Source: Dehalococcoidales bacterium
GTDB taxonomy: Bacteria; Chloroflexota; Dehalococcoidia; Dehalococcoidales; RBG-16-60-22
Assembly (NCBI GenBank): GCA_034430675.1
Contig: DAOUEB010000027.1
Coordinates: forward strand, 650 to 64,649
Length of the DNA stretch: 64,000 bases
Reading direction: 5' to 3'
This document shows positions 24,421 through 33,339 of this stretch, piece after piece (position 1 is the first letter of the stretch; the number at the start of each line of letters is the position of its first letter). Both the position numbers and the translations under genes were made by a program. The notes under the pieces are model-generated. The model did no database searches. It was not told where the DNA came from and saw nothing but the letters and a program-made list of their open reading frames with translations.

Positions 24421-25191
24421 ATGCGCATTGATATTCTGACTCTATTTCCGCAGATGTTTGAAATGCCGTTCAGCTTTGGCATTTTCAAGCGGGCCGTTGA
24501 TAACGGGCTGGTCAGTCTCAACCTGCATAATATCCGGGACTATACCCATGATAAGCACCATACCGCGGATGACTATCCTCATGGCGGCGGCGCCGGCATG
24601 GTGCTCAAACCAGAGCCTATTTTTGAGGCGGTTGAGGCCATCAAAGCCGGCATTGGGGACGAAGAGGCTGAACCGCCGGTTATCTTGCTTACTCCCCAGG
24701 GGCGGCTCTTTTCGCAGCAGATTGCCCAGGAGCTGTCGCAGAATCGTCACCTGGTTTTTATTTGCGGTCACTATGAGGGAGTCGACGAGCGGGTGCGGGA
24801 GCACCTGGCCACCGATGAAATCAGCATCGGCGATTACGTGCTGACGGGTGGCGAGGTCCCGGCCATGGTGGTCATCGACGCCGTACTACGAATGGTGCCG
24901 GGGGTGCTCGGCTCGGAAGACTCGCCCCTGGACGATTCTCATGCCGGCGGACTGCTGGAATATCCCCAGTACACTCGCCCGGCCGACTATCGTGGGTGGA
25001 AGGTGCCGGAGGTTTTACTTTCCGGGAACCACGCCCGGATTGCCGAGTGGCGACGGGAGCAGATTATCCGGCGGACACTGGAGCGCCGCCCGGAACTTCT
25101 CAATAAAGTGAATCTCGGCCTCGAAGATAAACAACTGGTAGAACGCCTGACAACCAAGCGGTCGCAGGTTAATAAGGATAGGGAGTCTTAA
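24421..25191 (+). CDS. trmD: tRNA (guanine37-N1)-methyltransferase
   Basis: 256 aa. [13 protein letters not shown] start, [12 protein letters not shown] and [13 protein letters not shown] motifs. Confidence 0.96.
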   Translation: MRIDILTLFPQMFEMPFSFGIFKRAVDNGLVSLNLHNIRDYTHDKHHTADDYPHGGGAGMVLKPEPIFEAVEAIKAGIGDEEAEPPVILLTPQGRLFSQQIAQELSQNRHLVFICGHYEGVDERVREHLATDEISIGDYVLTGGEVPAMVVIDAVLRMVPGVLGSEDSPLDDSHAGGLLEYPQYTRPADYRGWKVPEVLLSGNHARIAEWRREQIIRRTLERRPELLNKVNLGLEDKQLVERLTTKRSQVNKDRES

Positions 25192-25192
25192 C

Positions 25193-25825
25193 ATGGATAT
25201 TGCATCACTGATTGACATCAAAAAGAATCCTAAAATTCCTGACATTGCCCCCGGTGATACGGTAAAAGTCAGTGCCAGGATAGTGGAAGCCGGCAAGGAA
25301 CGCATCCAGGTGTTTCAGGGTGTGGTCCTCAAGATAAAGCGGGGCGGTACCGGTGCCAGCTTTACGGTACGGCATGTAGCCTACGGGATAGGTGTGGAGC
25401 GTACCTTCCTGCTGAATTCACCACTCGTGGAAAAAGTGGAAGTGGTACGGCAGGGAAAGGTACGCCGGTCCCGACTCTACTATCTGCGCAGTCTCAGCGG
25501 CAAGGAAGCCCGACGCAAGATAAAGCGTGTGGAGAGGAAGGCGAGACAGATCGGCGGGGAGTTGCTGGAAGCGGAGCCGGAAGAAGTGCTTGAGCCGGAA
25601 GACGTATTGCCGGAAGAACCGGAGGCCGTGGTAGAGGAAGAAGTGGAAGCGGTCGTCGAGGAACAGCCTGAAGAAACGGTCGAGGAGAAACCCGAGGCGA
25701 TAGCGGCCGAAGAGCCATTAGCAGAAGCCCCCGAACCGGAAGCCGTTCTTGAGACAGAGGCAGAGCCGGTAGCCGAAGAGGAAGCGAAAGCAACCCCCGA
25801 GGAACCGGAGAAAGAAACCCCCTGA
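25193..25825 (+). CDS. rplS: 50S ribosomal protein L19 with ~95-aa acidic C-terminal extension
   Basis: The first ~115 aa match L19 ([37 protein letters not shown]...YYLR). The remainder is an E/P/A/V-rich tail running to the stop at 25825. Confidence 0.9.
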   Translation: MDIASLIDIKKNPKIPDIAPGDTVKVSARIVEAGKERIQVFQGVVLKIKRGGTGASFTVRHVAYGIGVERTFLLNSPLVEKVEVVRQGKVRRSRLYYLRSLSGKEARRKIKRVERKARQIGGELLEAEPEEVLEPEDVLPEEPEAVVEEEVEAVVEEQPEETVEEKPEAIAAEEPLAEAPEPEAVLETEAEPVAEEEAKATPEEPEKETP

Positions 25826-25879
25826 CCCTGGCCGATAATTATTGCTGGGCATAATCATAGACACCCTCTGGAGTCTGGG

Positions 25880-28285
25880 ATGAGATACGCCGAGATTAGT
25901 GTAAATTCGCCGGCAGCCCAGCGCCGGGCTTTCAGCTATGCCATTCCCTCAGGGCTGGACGTCCGTGAGGGACAGGCGGTACTGGTCCCCTTCGGCGAGA
26001 GAATTTTGCAGGGTATCGTTCTGGAGTTGACTCCCGTTCCCGCGGTGGAAGACACCCGCGAGATTCTTGACGTCATCGAGTCGGAGCCGATTCTTTCGCC
26101 GCACCTGATATCGCTGGCGCGCTGGATAAGCGATTACTACCTCTCACCGCTTTTCGACGCCGTGGCTTTAATGCTGCCGCCGGGATTTGAGCGGAAAGCG
26201 GTAACATTCGTCAGCTTAGCGCATTCTGACACAGATATTTCATCACTTAACGATGACCAGAGACGGGTTATCGATATCGTGTCGAGGCAGGGCAGGGTCG
26301 AGTTTAAGAAGCTGGAAAAAGCCCTCGGCAAGAAAAGGGCATCGGCCATCGTCTCGCAACTGGTCAGGCAGGGACTCCTGTCCCGAAGCTATGAGCTGGG
26401 ACCGGTCAGGATAAGGCCGAAGACCGAGCTTTACATAAGCCTGACGGGTGATAATATAGATGCTTCCAAGCTTGCGGTGAAGCAGACGGCTCTCATCGAT
26501 TATCTTAAAGAACAAGCTGCGCCGGTTCCGTGGACGGAAGCACGCAGCAAGACCGGTTGCAGCAAGGCCGTAGCCGATTCTCTCTTTAAAAAGGGGCTGG
26601 TGACGTTTCGGCAGGTGGAAGTCAGGCGCGAGCCGATTTCCTACGATAATATTACGCCGTCCCGTCCGTTATCTCTAACTGCCGACCAGCAATCGGCTTT
26701 CGAGTCCATCAGGTCGAGCTTACATCAGGCAAATACTTCACCGGACGTATTCTTACTCCACGGCGTGACCGGCAGCGGCAAGACCGAGGTATATTTACAG
26801 GCTCTGGCCGAGGCGGTGAAGCTGGGGAAAAAGGGAATCGTGCTGGTGCCGGAAATTGCCCTGACACCGCAGACCATCGAGCGCTTTGCCTCGCGCTTTC
26901 CCCAGCGGGTGGCGGTGCTTCACAGCCGGCTTTCGCTGGGGGAGCAGTTCGACGAATGGCACCTCATCAGGAACGGGGAGTTCGATGTCGTTATCGGCTC
27001 CCGCAGCGCCATTTTCGCCCCGCAACCGGAACTGGGCCTGATTATCATCGATGAAGAGCACGAATGGACCTACAAGCAGGATAATTCGCCCCACTACCAT
27101 GCCCGTAGTGTCGCCCTGAAGCTGGCGGAGCTGACCGGGGCGGTGGTGGTCCTGGGCAGCGCCACGCCGGATGTCGAGACTTTTTATAAGGCGCAAAGCG
27201 GCGATTATAAGCTGCTGGCACTTCCGGAGCGAGTCGTCCCCTTTGCCGGGGCGGCCCTGCCGCAGGTGGAGGTCGTGGACATGAGGGAGGAACTCAAGGC
27301 AGGGAACCGCAGCGTTTTCAGTCGGTCTCTATCGCAGGCGATAAATGAAGCCGTCGCCGCCCGGGAGCAGGTGATTCTATTTCTCAACCGGCGGGGCGGC
27401 GCTACCTTTATTCAATGTCGGCGGTGCGGATTCGTGCTGCGCTGTCGACGCTGCGAGGTGCCGCTCGCTCACCATATCGCCGACGATGTCCTCACCTGTC
27501 ACCAGTGCGGCTACAAGACGCCGGTTCCCCAGGCCTGTCCCAACTGCACCAGTCGACAGTTAAAATTCCTGGGCATCGGTACGCAGAAGCTGGAGCAGGA
27601 AGCGCGCTACACGTTTCCCCGCGCCCGGCAAATGCGCTGGGACAGCGATATTACCAGGGGCAAATCATCTCACGAAGCTATTTTACGAAGATTCCGGAAT
27701 AAAGAGGCGGAAATTCTCATCGGCACCCAGATGGTGGCCAAGGGACATGACATACCCTCGGTAACGCTGGTGGGTGTGGTCAGCGCCGATACCAGCCTGA
27801 ACCTGCCCGATTTCCGCTCCGGCGAAAGGACATTCCAGTTGCTGAGTCAGGTCGCCGGCAGGGCAGGGCGGGGGCCATCGGGGGGCAGGGTTGTCGTCCA
27901 GACCTTCTCCCCGGAGAACTACGCCATACGGGCGGCGGCCCGGCATGACTACGCCTCTTTTTACGAGCAGGAGATTGCCTACCGGCTACAGCTGCATAAT
28001 CCTCCCTTCGTACGACTCGCCCGGCTGGTCTACGTACATACCAATGACGCTATCTGTCAGCGTGAAGCCGAGAGGATAAAGAAACTGCTTATCGAGGAAA
28101 GTGATGCCCGTGGCATTGGCGGTATTAGCATTATCGGTCCCGCCCCGGCCTTTATCCACCGCCTGAGGGGCCGGTTCCGCTGGCAGCTCATACTGCGTGG
28201 CTCCGAGCTATCCGCTTTCCTGTCGCCGATTGCCTTTCCCCAGGGCTGGACGGTAGATATTGACCCGATGGCGCTTGTCCAGTAA
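25880..28285 (+). CDS. priA: primosomal protein N' (replication restart helicase PriA)
   Basis: 801 aa. Walker A GVTGSGKTEVY, DEEH box, and a Cys-rich zinc region CRRCGFVLRCRRCEVPLAHH...CHQCGY...CPNC. Confidence 0.95.
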   Translation: MRYAEISVNSPAAQRRAFSYAIPSGLDVREGQAVLVPFGERILQGIVLELTPVPAVEDTREILDVIESEPILSPHLISLARWISDYYLSPLFDAVALMLPPGFERKAVTFVSLAHSDTDISSLNDDQRRVIDIVSRQGRVEFKKLEKALGKKRASAIVSQLVRQGLLSRSYELGPVRIRPKTELYISLTGDNIDASKLAVKQTALIDYLKEQAAPVPWTEARSKTGCSKAVADSLFKKGLVTFRQVEVRREPISYDNITPSRPLSLTADQQSAFESIRSSLHQANTSPDVFLLHGVTGSGKTEVYLQALAEAVKLGKKGIVLVPEIALTPQTIERFASRFPQRVAVLHSRLSLGEQFDEWHLIRNGEFDVVIGSRSAIFAPQPELGLIIIDEEHEWTYKQDNSPHYHARSVALKLAELTGAVVVLGSATPDVETFYKAQSGDYKLLALPERVVPFAGAALPQVEVVDMREELKAGNRSVFSRSLSQAINEAVAAREQVILFLNRRGGATFIQCRRCGFVLRCRRCEVPLAHHIADDVLTCHQCGYKTPVPQACPNCTSRQLKFLGIGTQKLEQEARYTFPRARQMRWDSDITRGKSSHEAILRRFRNKEAEILIGTQMVAKGHDIPSVTLVGVVSADTSLNLPDFRSGERTFQLLSQVAGRAGRGPSGGRVVVQTFSPENYAIRAAARHDYASFYEQEIAYRLQLHNPPFVRLARLVYVHTNDAICQREAERIKKLLIEESDARGIGGISIIGPAPAFIHRLRGRFRWQLILRGSELSAFLSPIAFPQGWTVDIDPMALVQ

Positions 28286-28331
28286 ACTTAGAGTGGTTGT
28301 TTTCCGAAAATTATTATACTAAGGAGACTAC

Positions 28332-28826
28332 ATGGCGGTTCTGACTATTAGGACGTTGCCCGACCCTATACTGAGGCAGAAGACCAAAAGGGTCAGGACT
28401 ATCGATAGGTCTGTTAAGAAGCTGGTAGCCGATATGCGTGAGACGATGCATGCCGACCCCGGGCGGGTGGGGTTGTCTGCAAATCAGGTGGGTGTGTCTC
28501 TGCGCGTGACGGTTATCGGCATACCTGAACAAGAAGACATCATCCTGATAAACCCGGAAATAGTACGCCGGAAGGGCCAGCGTCTGGTAAGTGAGGGCTG
28601 CCTCAGTATCCCCGGCTATATTGGAGAGTTATACCGGGCGGAGACGGTTACGGCAAAGGGCCTCGGCCTGGACGGTAAGGAAATGCGGATAAAAGCGGAA
28701 GGGCTGCTGGCCCAGGCGCTGGAGCATGAGACTGACCATCTGGATGGGAAAGTTTACATCGACCGTATGGAAAGCCTGGACGCGCTGCGTAAAATTGAGC
28801 CGGAGGATACGGGCACCGAAATTTAG
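28332..28826 (+). CDS. def: peptide deformylase
   Basis: 164 aa. [16 protein letters not shown] and HETDHLDG motifs. Confidence 0.95.
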   Translation: MAVLTIRTLPDPILRQKTKRVRTIDRSVKKLVADMRETMHADPGRVGLSANQVGVSLRVTVIGIPEQEDIILINPEIVRRKGQRLVSEGCLSIPGYIGELYRAETVTAKGLGLDGKEMRIKAEGLLAQALEHETDHLDGKVYIDRMESLDALRKIEPEDTGTEI

Positions 28827-29110
28827 AAGTCCAGCGCGGTGAATCGCTGGACGATGTGGTTGTAGCGGTTGGTGACAGATGTCTCCGCCATATTTCCCGA
28901 CGATTGGCTGTAATTGAAGTAAAAAAGCTCGTCGAGTCGGCAATCGGGGAAAGCCTTTTTAGCACCTATAATGAATTTTTCGTTAATGCCGCGTTTACCT
29001 TCACGTACGCGGTAAACCTGGCTCACCGATAGCCCCATTGCCCTGGCTAAAACTGACAGGTTCTGGTATTTCCCGTTGGCCATTTCGAAGACTCTGGTCC
29101 TGATTATCAT
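28823..29110 (-). CDS. small HTH DNA-binding protein
   Basis: 95 aa. [29 protein letters not shown] is HTH-like. The start could be the Met at 29083. Confidence 0.55.
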   Translation of the reverse strand: MIIRTRVFEMANGKYQNLSVLARAMGLSVSQVYRVREGKRGINEKFIIGAKKAFPDCRLDELFYFNYSQSSGNMAETSVTNRYNHIVQRFTALDF

Positions 29111-29204
29111 ACTACCTTAGTCCTGTGATAAAAATGTCAATTGGCCATATTATAGTAAATATATATCCAAATGTCAAGTACATTAGCGAGGAAACATCAA
29201 GTAT

Positions 29205-29233
29205 TTGACAGTAAAAGGCTGAAGGCATAAAAT
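29205..29233 (+). promoter_or_regulatory. sigma70-like promoter upstream of the permease gene (TTGACA-17-TAAAAT)
   Basis: TTGACA 29205-29210, 17-nt spacer, TAAAAT 29228-29233, in an AT-rich 190-bp spacer. Confidence 0.5.
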
Positions 29234-29299
29234 AGCTCAATTGTATATAATTGTAAATATCATTTGTGATAAAATATTTAATTAGTCTAGTGAAAAGCT

Positions 29300-30751
29300 A
29301 TGCCTGAGAGTTGGCGACCTAAACCTGGTGATAGGATTTTCCGCCCCCGGAGAATTAAAAGATTTCGCCTGAGAAGAGTACTGGGGATTCCCGCTGTATT
29401 CAGCGCCGGTTATGGGAACGTTGGCTCCTCTATTTATTACGCCCTGGGTATCGTCGCTCTGGTGGCTATGGGAGCCACCCCGGTGGCGCTGGGTATCGCT
29501 GGTGTTCTTTTTATTTTCACAGCGCTGACTTATGCCGAGGGTACGGCGGCTCTACCGGAAGCGGGTGGCTCGGCCAGCTTTACCCGTCATGCCTTCGGAA
29601 ACACGGCCGGTTTTATCGCCGGCTGGGCCCTTATGCTGAGCTATATCGTCACTATTTCTATCTCGGCTTTTACCATACCGCCTTATCTGGGGTTTTTCTG
29701 GGAGCCCTTCAAGACATCACCGATAATCGGCACCTTCGCTTCCATGGGAATCGTCTTATTTCTCATGGTCATCAATGTCATCGGTATCCGGGAGACGTCG
29801 TTCATCAATGTCGGGGCGACCCTGATTGATATCCTGACACAGGTCTCGCTGGTGGTCATCGGTTTCGTATTGCTGTTCAATCCCACCGTGTTAATTCACC
29901 GTATCATCGACAACTGGCCGTCCACCAGTAACCTGGTTCTCGGTATCGCCCTGGCTACCATTGCCTATACCGGCATCGAAACGATGTCCCAGATGGCGGA
30001 AGAAACGAAGAAGCCGGAGAAAAGTGTGCCCCGGGCGATGATTATGATGATTGTCGCCGTTCTGGTTATCTTCGCCGGTGTTTCACTGGTATCTCTTTCG
30101 GCCATGCCGGTTGAAGAGCTCGCCTCGGAATGGGCCAGAGACCCGGTAGCCGGTATCGCTTTCTATCTCCCCGTCGAGATAATACGGACTATCCTGAAGC
30201 CTCTCATTGCGGTCCTGGCCGGTACGATATTACTAATAGCCACCAATGCCGGGATTATCGGTGTCTCAAGGCTGGCTTTCTCGCAGGGGGCTCACGGCCT
30301 GGTACCGTCGGCGCTCAGCCGCGTGCACAGTCGGTTCAAAACGCCGTATATTTCCATAATTGTCTTCAGTCTCATTGCTATTGCCATACTGCTCCCGGGA
30401 TTTTTCGCGACCGATGTCTTCGCCAATATGGGCGCTCTCTATGCCGTCGGTTCGCTGCTCGCCTTTATGTTTGCTCATGCTTCCATCATCGGACTAAGAA
30501 TTAAAAAGCCGGAAATGCCGCGTCCCTTCAAGCTCGGCTGGAATATAAGGATTAAGGGACGTGAAATACCAATAAGCTCTGTGATAGGTCTGGCCTCAAC
30601 GATGACGATATGGGTCATTATTTTAATCACCCAGACGTATAGTCGGTGGGTTGGTCTCGGCTGGATGGTAGCCGGCCTTATTGTCTATTATTTTGTACGG
30701 CGGAGGCGGCGCAAACCATCGGAGGAATGGCAAATAAAGCGGGAGAAATAA
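29300..30751 (+). CDS. APC-superfamily amino acid permease
   Basis: 483 aa with ~12 hydrophobic helices. N-terminal pattern ...SAGYGNVGSSIYYALG... is typical of APC transporters. Confidence 0.85.
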   Translation: MPESWRPKPGDRIFRPRRIKRFRLRRVLGIPAVFSAGYGNVGSSIYYALGIVALVAMGATPVALGIAGVLFIFTALTYAEGTAALPEAGGSASFTRHAFGNTAGFIAGWALMLSYIVTISISAFTIPPYLGFFWEPFKTSPIIGTFASMGIVLFLMVINVIGIRETSFINVGATLIDILTQVSLVVIGFVLLFNPTVLIHRIIDNWPSTSNLVLGIALATIAYTGIETMSQMAEETKKPEKSVPRAMIMMIVAVLVIFAGVSLVSLSAMPVEELASEWARDPVAGIAFYLPVEIIRTILKPLIAVLAGTILLIATNAGIIGVSRLAFSQGAHGLVPSALSRVHSRFKTPYISIIVFSLIAIAILLPGFFATDVFANMGALYAVGSLLAFMFAHASIIGLRIKKPEMPRPFKLGWNIRIKGREIPISSVIGLASTMTIWVIILITQTYSRWVGLGWMVAGLIVYYFVRRRRRKPSEEWQIKREK

Positions 30752-30771
30752 AAAAAACGTCCAAAAGGGTA

Positions 30772-30800
30772 TTGTAGATTTTTAATAATAGGATTATAAT
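30772..30800 (+). promoter_or_regulatory. sigma70-like promoter upstream of usp (TTGTAG-17-TATAAT)
   Basis: TTGTAG 30772-30777, 17-nt spacer, TATAAT 30795-30800. Confidence 0.45.
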
Positions 30801-30836
30801 AGCCACTATCGAATAGAAAATTGGATGTAGAAGGCG

Positions 30837-31253
30837 ATGGAATTTAAAAAGGTTCTCGTACCTGTGGTCGGCAGTGAGGCGGATGGAGAAGCCATGAAGC
30901 TGGCCTGCCGGCTGGCCAAGAAAGATAAGGGTAAAGTCTGGGCGGTCTCCGTAGTGGCTATCAAGCGCGTCCTGCCGCTGGATGCTGAAATCGATTCCGA
31001 GATTCGGAGTGCCGAGGACGTGCTTGACAGCGTCGAGAGCATCGCTGAAGAAGAGGACTACGAAGTTGAGGCCGATGTCCTTCAAGCCCGGGAGGTCGGT
31101 CCGGCGATAGTGGATGAAGCTGTGGAAAGGGGCGTCGACATCATTTTGATGGGTATTACCTATAAGAGGCGCTTCGGGCAGTTCAGCCTGGGGAATGTCG
31201 TGCCTTACGTGTTGAAAAATTCTCCATGTCCAGTCATGCTCTACCAGCAGTAA
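30837..31253 (+). CDS. universal stress protein (UspA family)
   Basis: 138 aa. FKKVLVPVVGSE... start and the C-terminal G...GNVVPYVLKNSPCPVMLY motif. Confidence 0.85.
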   Translation: MEFKKVLVPVVGSEADGEAMKLACRLAKKDKGKVWAVSVVAIKRVLPLDAEIDSEIRSAEDVLDSVESIAEEEDYEVEADVLQAREVGPAIVDEAVERGVDIILMGITYKRRFGQFSLGNVVPYVLKNSPCPVMLYQQ

Positions 31254-31283
31254 ATCAATGATAGCACGGAGTCGGATTTTCTT

Positions 31284-31703
31284 ATGAAAATAATAATTAT
31301 GGGATGCGGGCGGGTCGGTGCCAGGTTCGCCTCGTTGATGGATGAAGATGGCCACGAGGTTACCGTCCTGGATAACGATACGTATAGTTTCCGCAGGTTG
31401 CCTCCTTCGTTCGGCGGCACGGCCCTCTTCGGTAATGGTATCGATGAGGAAGCCCAGAAAAGAGCCGGTATCGAAGAGGCGGATGTCTTTGTGGCGCTGA
31501 CGCAGGGCGATAACCGTAATGTCATGTCGTGCCAGATTGCCAAGCACGTTTTCAACGTACCTAGGGTGATGTGCCGTATCTACGACCCGTTGCGCGAGGA
31601 AATGTACAGCGCTCTCGGCCTGGAAACGATTAGCCCCACGAAAGTATTTGCCCAGTTATTGAAGAACAAGATAGAAAAGACAGAGGAGAAGGCAGAGGAT
31701 TGA
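31284..31703 (+). CDS. TrkA-N (NAD-binding) potassium uptake regulatory protein
   Basis: 139 aa. MKIIIMGCGRVGARFA Rossmann motif. Confidence 0.8.
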   Translation: MKIIIMGCGRVGARFASLMDEDGHEVTVLDNDTYSFRRLPPSFGGTALFGNGIDEEAQKRAGIEEADVFVALTQGDNRNVMSCQIAKHVFNVPRVMCRIYDPLREEMYSALGLETISPTKVFAQLLKNKIEKTEEKAED

Positions 31704-31712
31704 GGTGAAAGT

Positions 31713-32375
31713 ATGTATATTATAGTCGTTGGCGGCGGCCGCCTGGGTTATTACCTGCTCAAGGCGCTGCTTAATGAAGGGCATGAGGTGCTCGTGCTGG
31801 AAAAGGATGTTCGCATATGTAAGACCATCACCGATGAGCTGGGCAGTGTCTGCTTTCGCGGTGATGGCTGCGAGGCGTCCACCCTGGCTGAAGTGGGTAC
31901 CGGCCGGGCGGATATGCTGGTGGCGGTGACCGGCGACGACGAGGATAACCTGGTTGCCTGTCAGGTAGCCAAGCACAAGCATAACGTGCCCCGCACCATC
32001 GCCCGTCTTCGCAATCCGCAGAATGCCGCTCTATTTAAGAAACTGGGAGTGGATGTTACCATCAGCGCGACCGATATTATCCTTGAGACGATAGAGCGGG
32101 AAGTGCCGACACACCCGGTAACGCAGTTGATGTCCCTCGATGAAAAGGGGCTTGTGATTGTGGATGTCAAGATTTCACCTGAATCTACCACCGTGGGTAA
32201 GATGGTCAAGGAGCTTTCCCTGCCCAAAGAAAGCCATCTGGCGCTCATTATTCCCAATGAAGGCAGCACGCATGTGCCCGCTGCCAATACCGTCCTTAGG
32301 GCGGGCGACCAGATAATTGCCGTGACCAGCCCCGAGACCAAAGAGGCATTAAAGGCTGCTATGAGGGGCATTTAA
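31713..32375 (+). CDS. trkA: TrkA-type potassium uptake protein (TrkA-N + TrkA-C)
   Basis: 220 aa. MYIIVVGGGRLGYYLLKAL Rossmann motif plus a C-terminal RCK_C-like segment (VGKMVKELSLPKESHLALIIPNEG...GDQIIAV). Confidence 0.85.
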   Translation: MYIIVVGGGRLGYYLLKALLNEGHEVLVLEKDVRICKTITDELGSVCFRGDGCEASTLAEVGTGRADMLVAVTGDDEDNLVACQVAKHKHNVPRTIARLRNPQNAALFKKLGVDVTISATDIILETIEREVPTHPVTQLMSLDEKGLVIVDVKISPESTTVGKMVKELSLPKESHLALIIPNEGSTHVPAANTVLRAGDQIIAVTSPETKEALKAAMRGI

Positions 32376-32561
32376 GCCTGCTTAAGTCCAAGTAGTTCCC
32401 TGCTAAAGCCGGAAATCTTTAATTTTCTTTCCTATCATTTAATATACCTCGGTTTCCCTTTTTTCTTCACCACCCAACCTCCCGTGGTTTTCTTTCCCAC
32501 CCGGTCCGCTCAGCGTCACCTGCCGCTTATCCCGAATGTTTGGCCACGCTACACTCCAAGT

Positions 32562-32667
32562 GGGGCGTATAAGAGGGGCGCCAGCCCCTCTTTCTAAAAA
32601 ATTCCCCCTTCCCCTAGCAGTAGGGAAGGGGGTTCACCCTGAAGGGATAAAGGGGGGTGGGGTCATT
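32562..32667. repeat. composite GC-rich hairpin repeat (family copy)
   Basis: GGGGCGTATAAGAGGGGCGCCAGCCCCTCTT, then the perfect 10-bp inverted repeat CCCCCTTCCC/GGGAAGGGGG (32604-32632), then AAAGGGGGGTGGGGTCATT. Confidence 0.55.
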
Positions 32668-32790
32668 ACAGAAAAAGTATATTGGGCAGGTTAGTAAACA
32701 ACCTGTCTGTTATTATTTGACGCAAGTACGCCGTTTATTATATTGTCAGGGCGAGTTTGCCGGATGGCGAATATACAATAACTCTCAACA

Positions 32791-33321
32791 GTGCATGCAG
32801 GGAGACCTTCAATGAAGGCGGGCAGGTTTATCAATGGCTGGACTGTGACGGCTATCCTTCTGGCGGCGATTATTATTGCCGGCGGTGTCGTCATATGGTC
32901 GAAACAAAGCCGGAGCCAGGCTATCGAAATTTCCATGTCACCGGAACGTGAAATTCAGGGCGGAATATATGTCGGCGGGGAGGTCAATAACCCGGGCTTT
33001 TATCCTCTGAAAGTCGGGGATGACATTGAAGATGTCCTACAGGCGGCGGGAGGTATTACCGATGGCGCCGACCTGAGTCATGTTGAACTGATTGTTTCCG
33101 GCCCGGAGGAGGGAGAAACCCCGCAAAAGGTCAATATCAATAAAGCGGGAACGTGGCTGCTGGCGGCATTGTCCGGAATCGGGGAGGTCAGGGCGCAGGC
33201 AATTGTAGATTACCGAAAGCAGAACGGCCCGTTTCGTGACATTAATGAGCTGCTTAAAGTAGATGGATTGGGAAAGGTTACCTTCGAACATATCAAACAT
33301 CTTATCACCGTCGCCGAGTGA
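32791..33321 (+). CDS. comEA: ComEA-like DNA-binding competence protein (SLBB + helix-hairpin-helix)
   Basis: 176 aa. TM anchor, then VNINKAGTWLLAALSGIGEVRAQAIVDYRKQNGPFRDINELLKVDGLGKVTFEHIK, a tandem HhH motif. The start may be ATG 32809. Confidence 0.8.
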   Translation: MHAGRPSMKAGRFINGWTVTAILLAAIIIAGGVVIWSKQSRSQAIEISMSPEREIQGGIYVGGEVNNPGFYPLKVGDDIEDVLQAAGGITDGADLSHVELIVSGPEEGETPQKVNINKAGTWLLAALSGIGEVRAQAIVDYRKQNGPFRDINELLKVDGLGKVTFEHIKHLITVAE

Positions 33322-33339
33322 TATTAAGGATAATGACTC

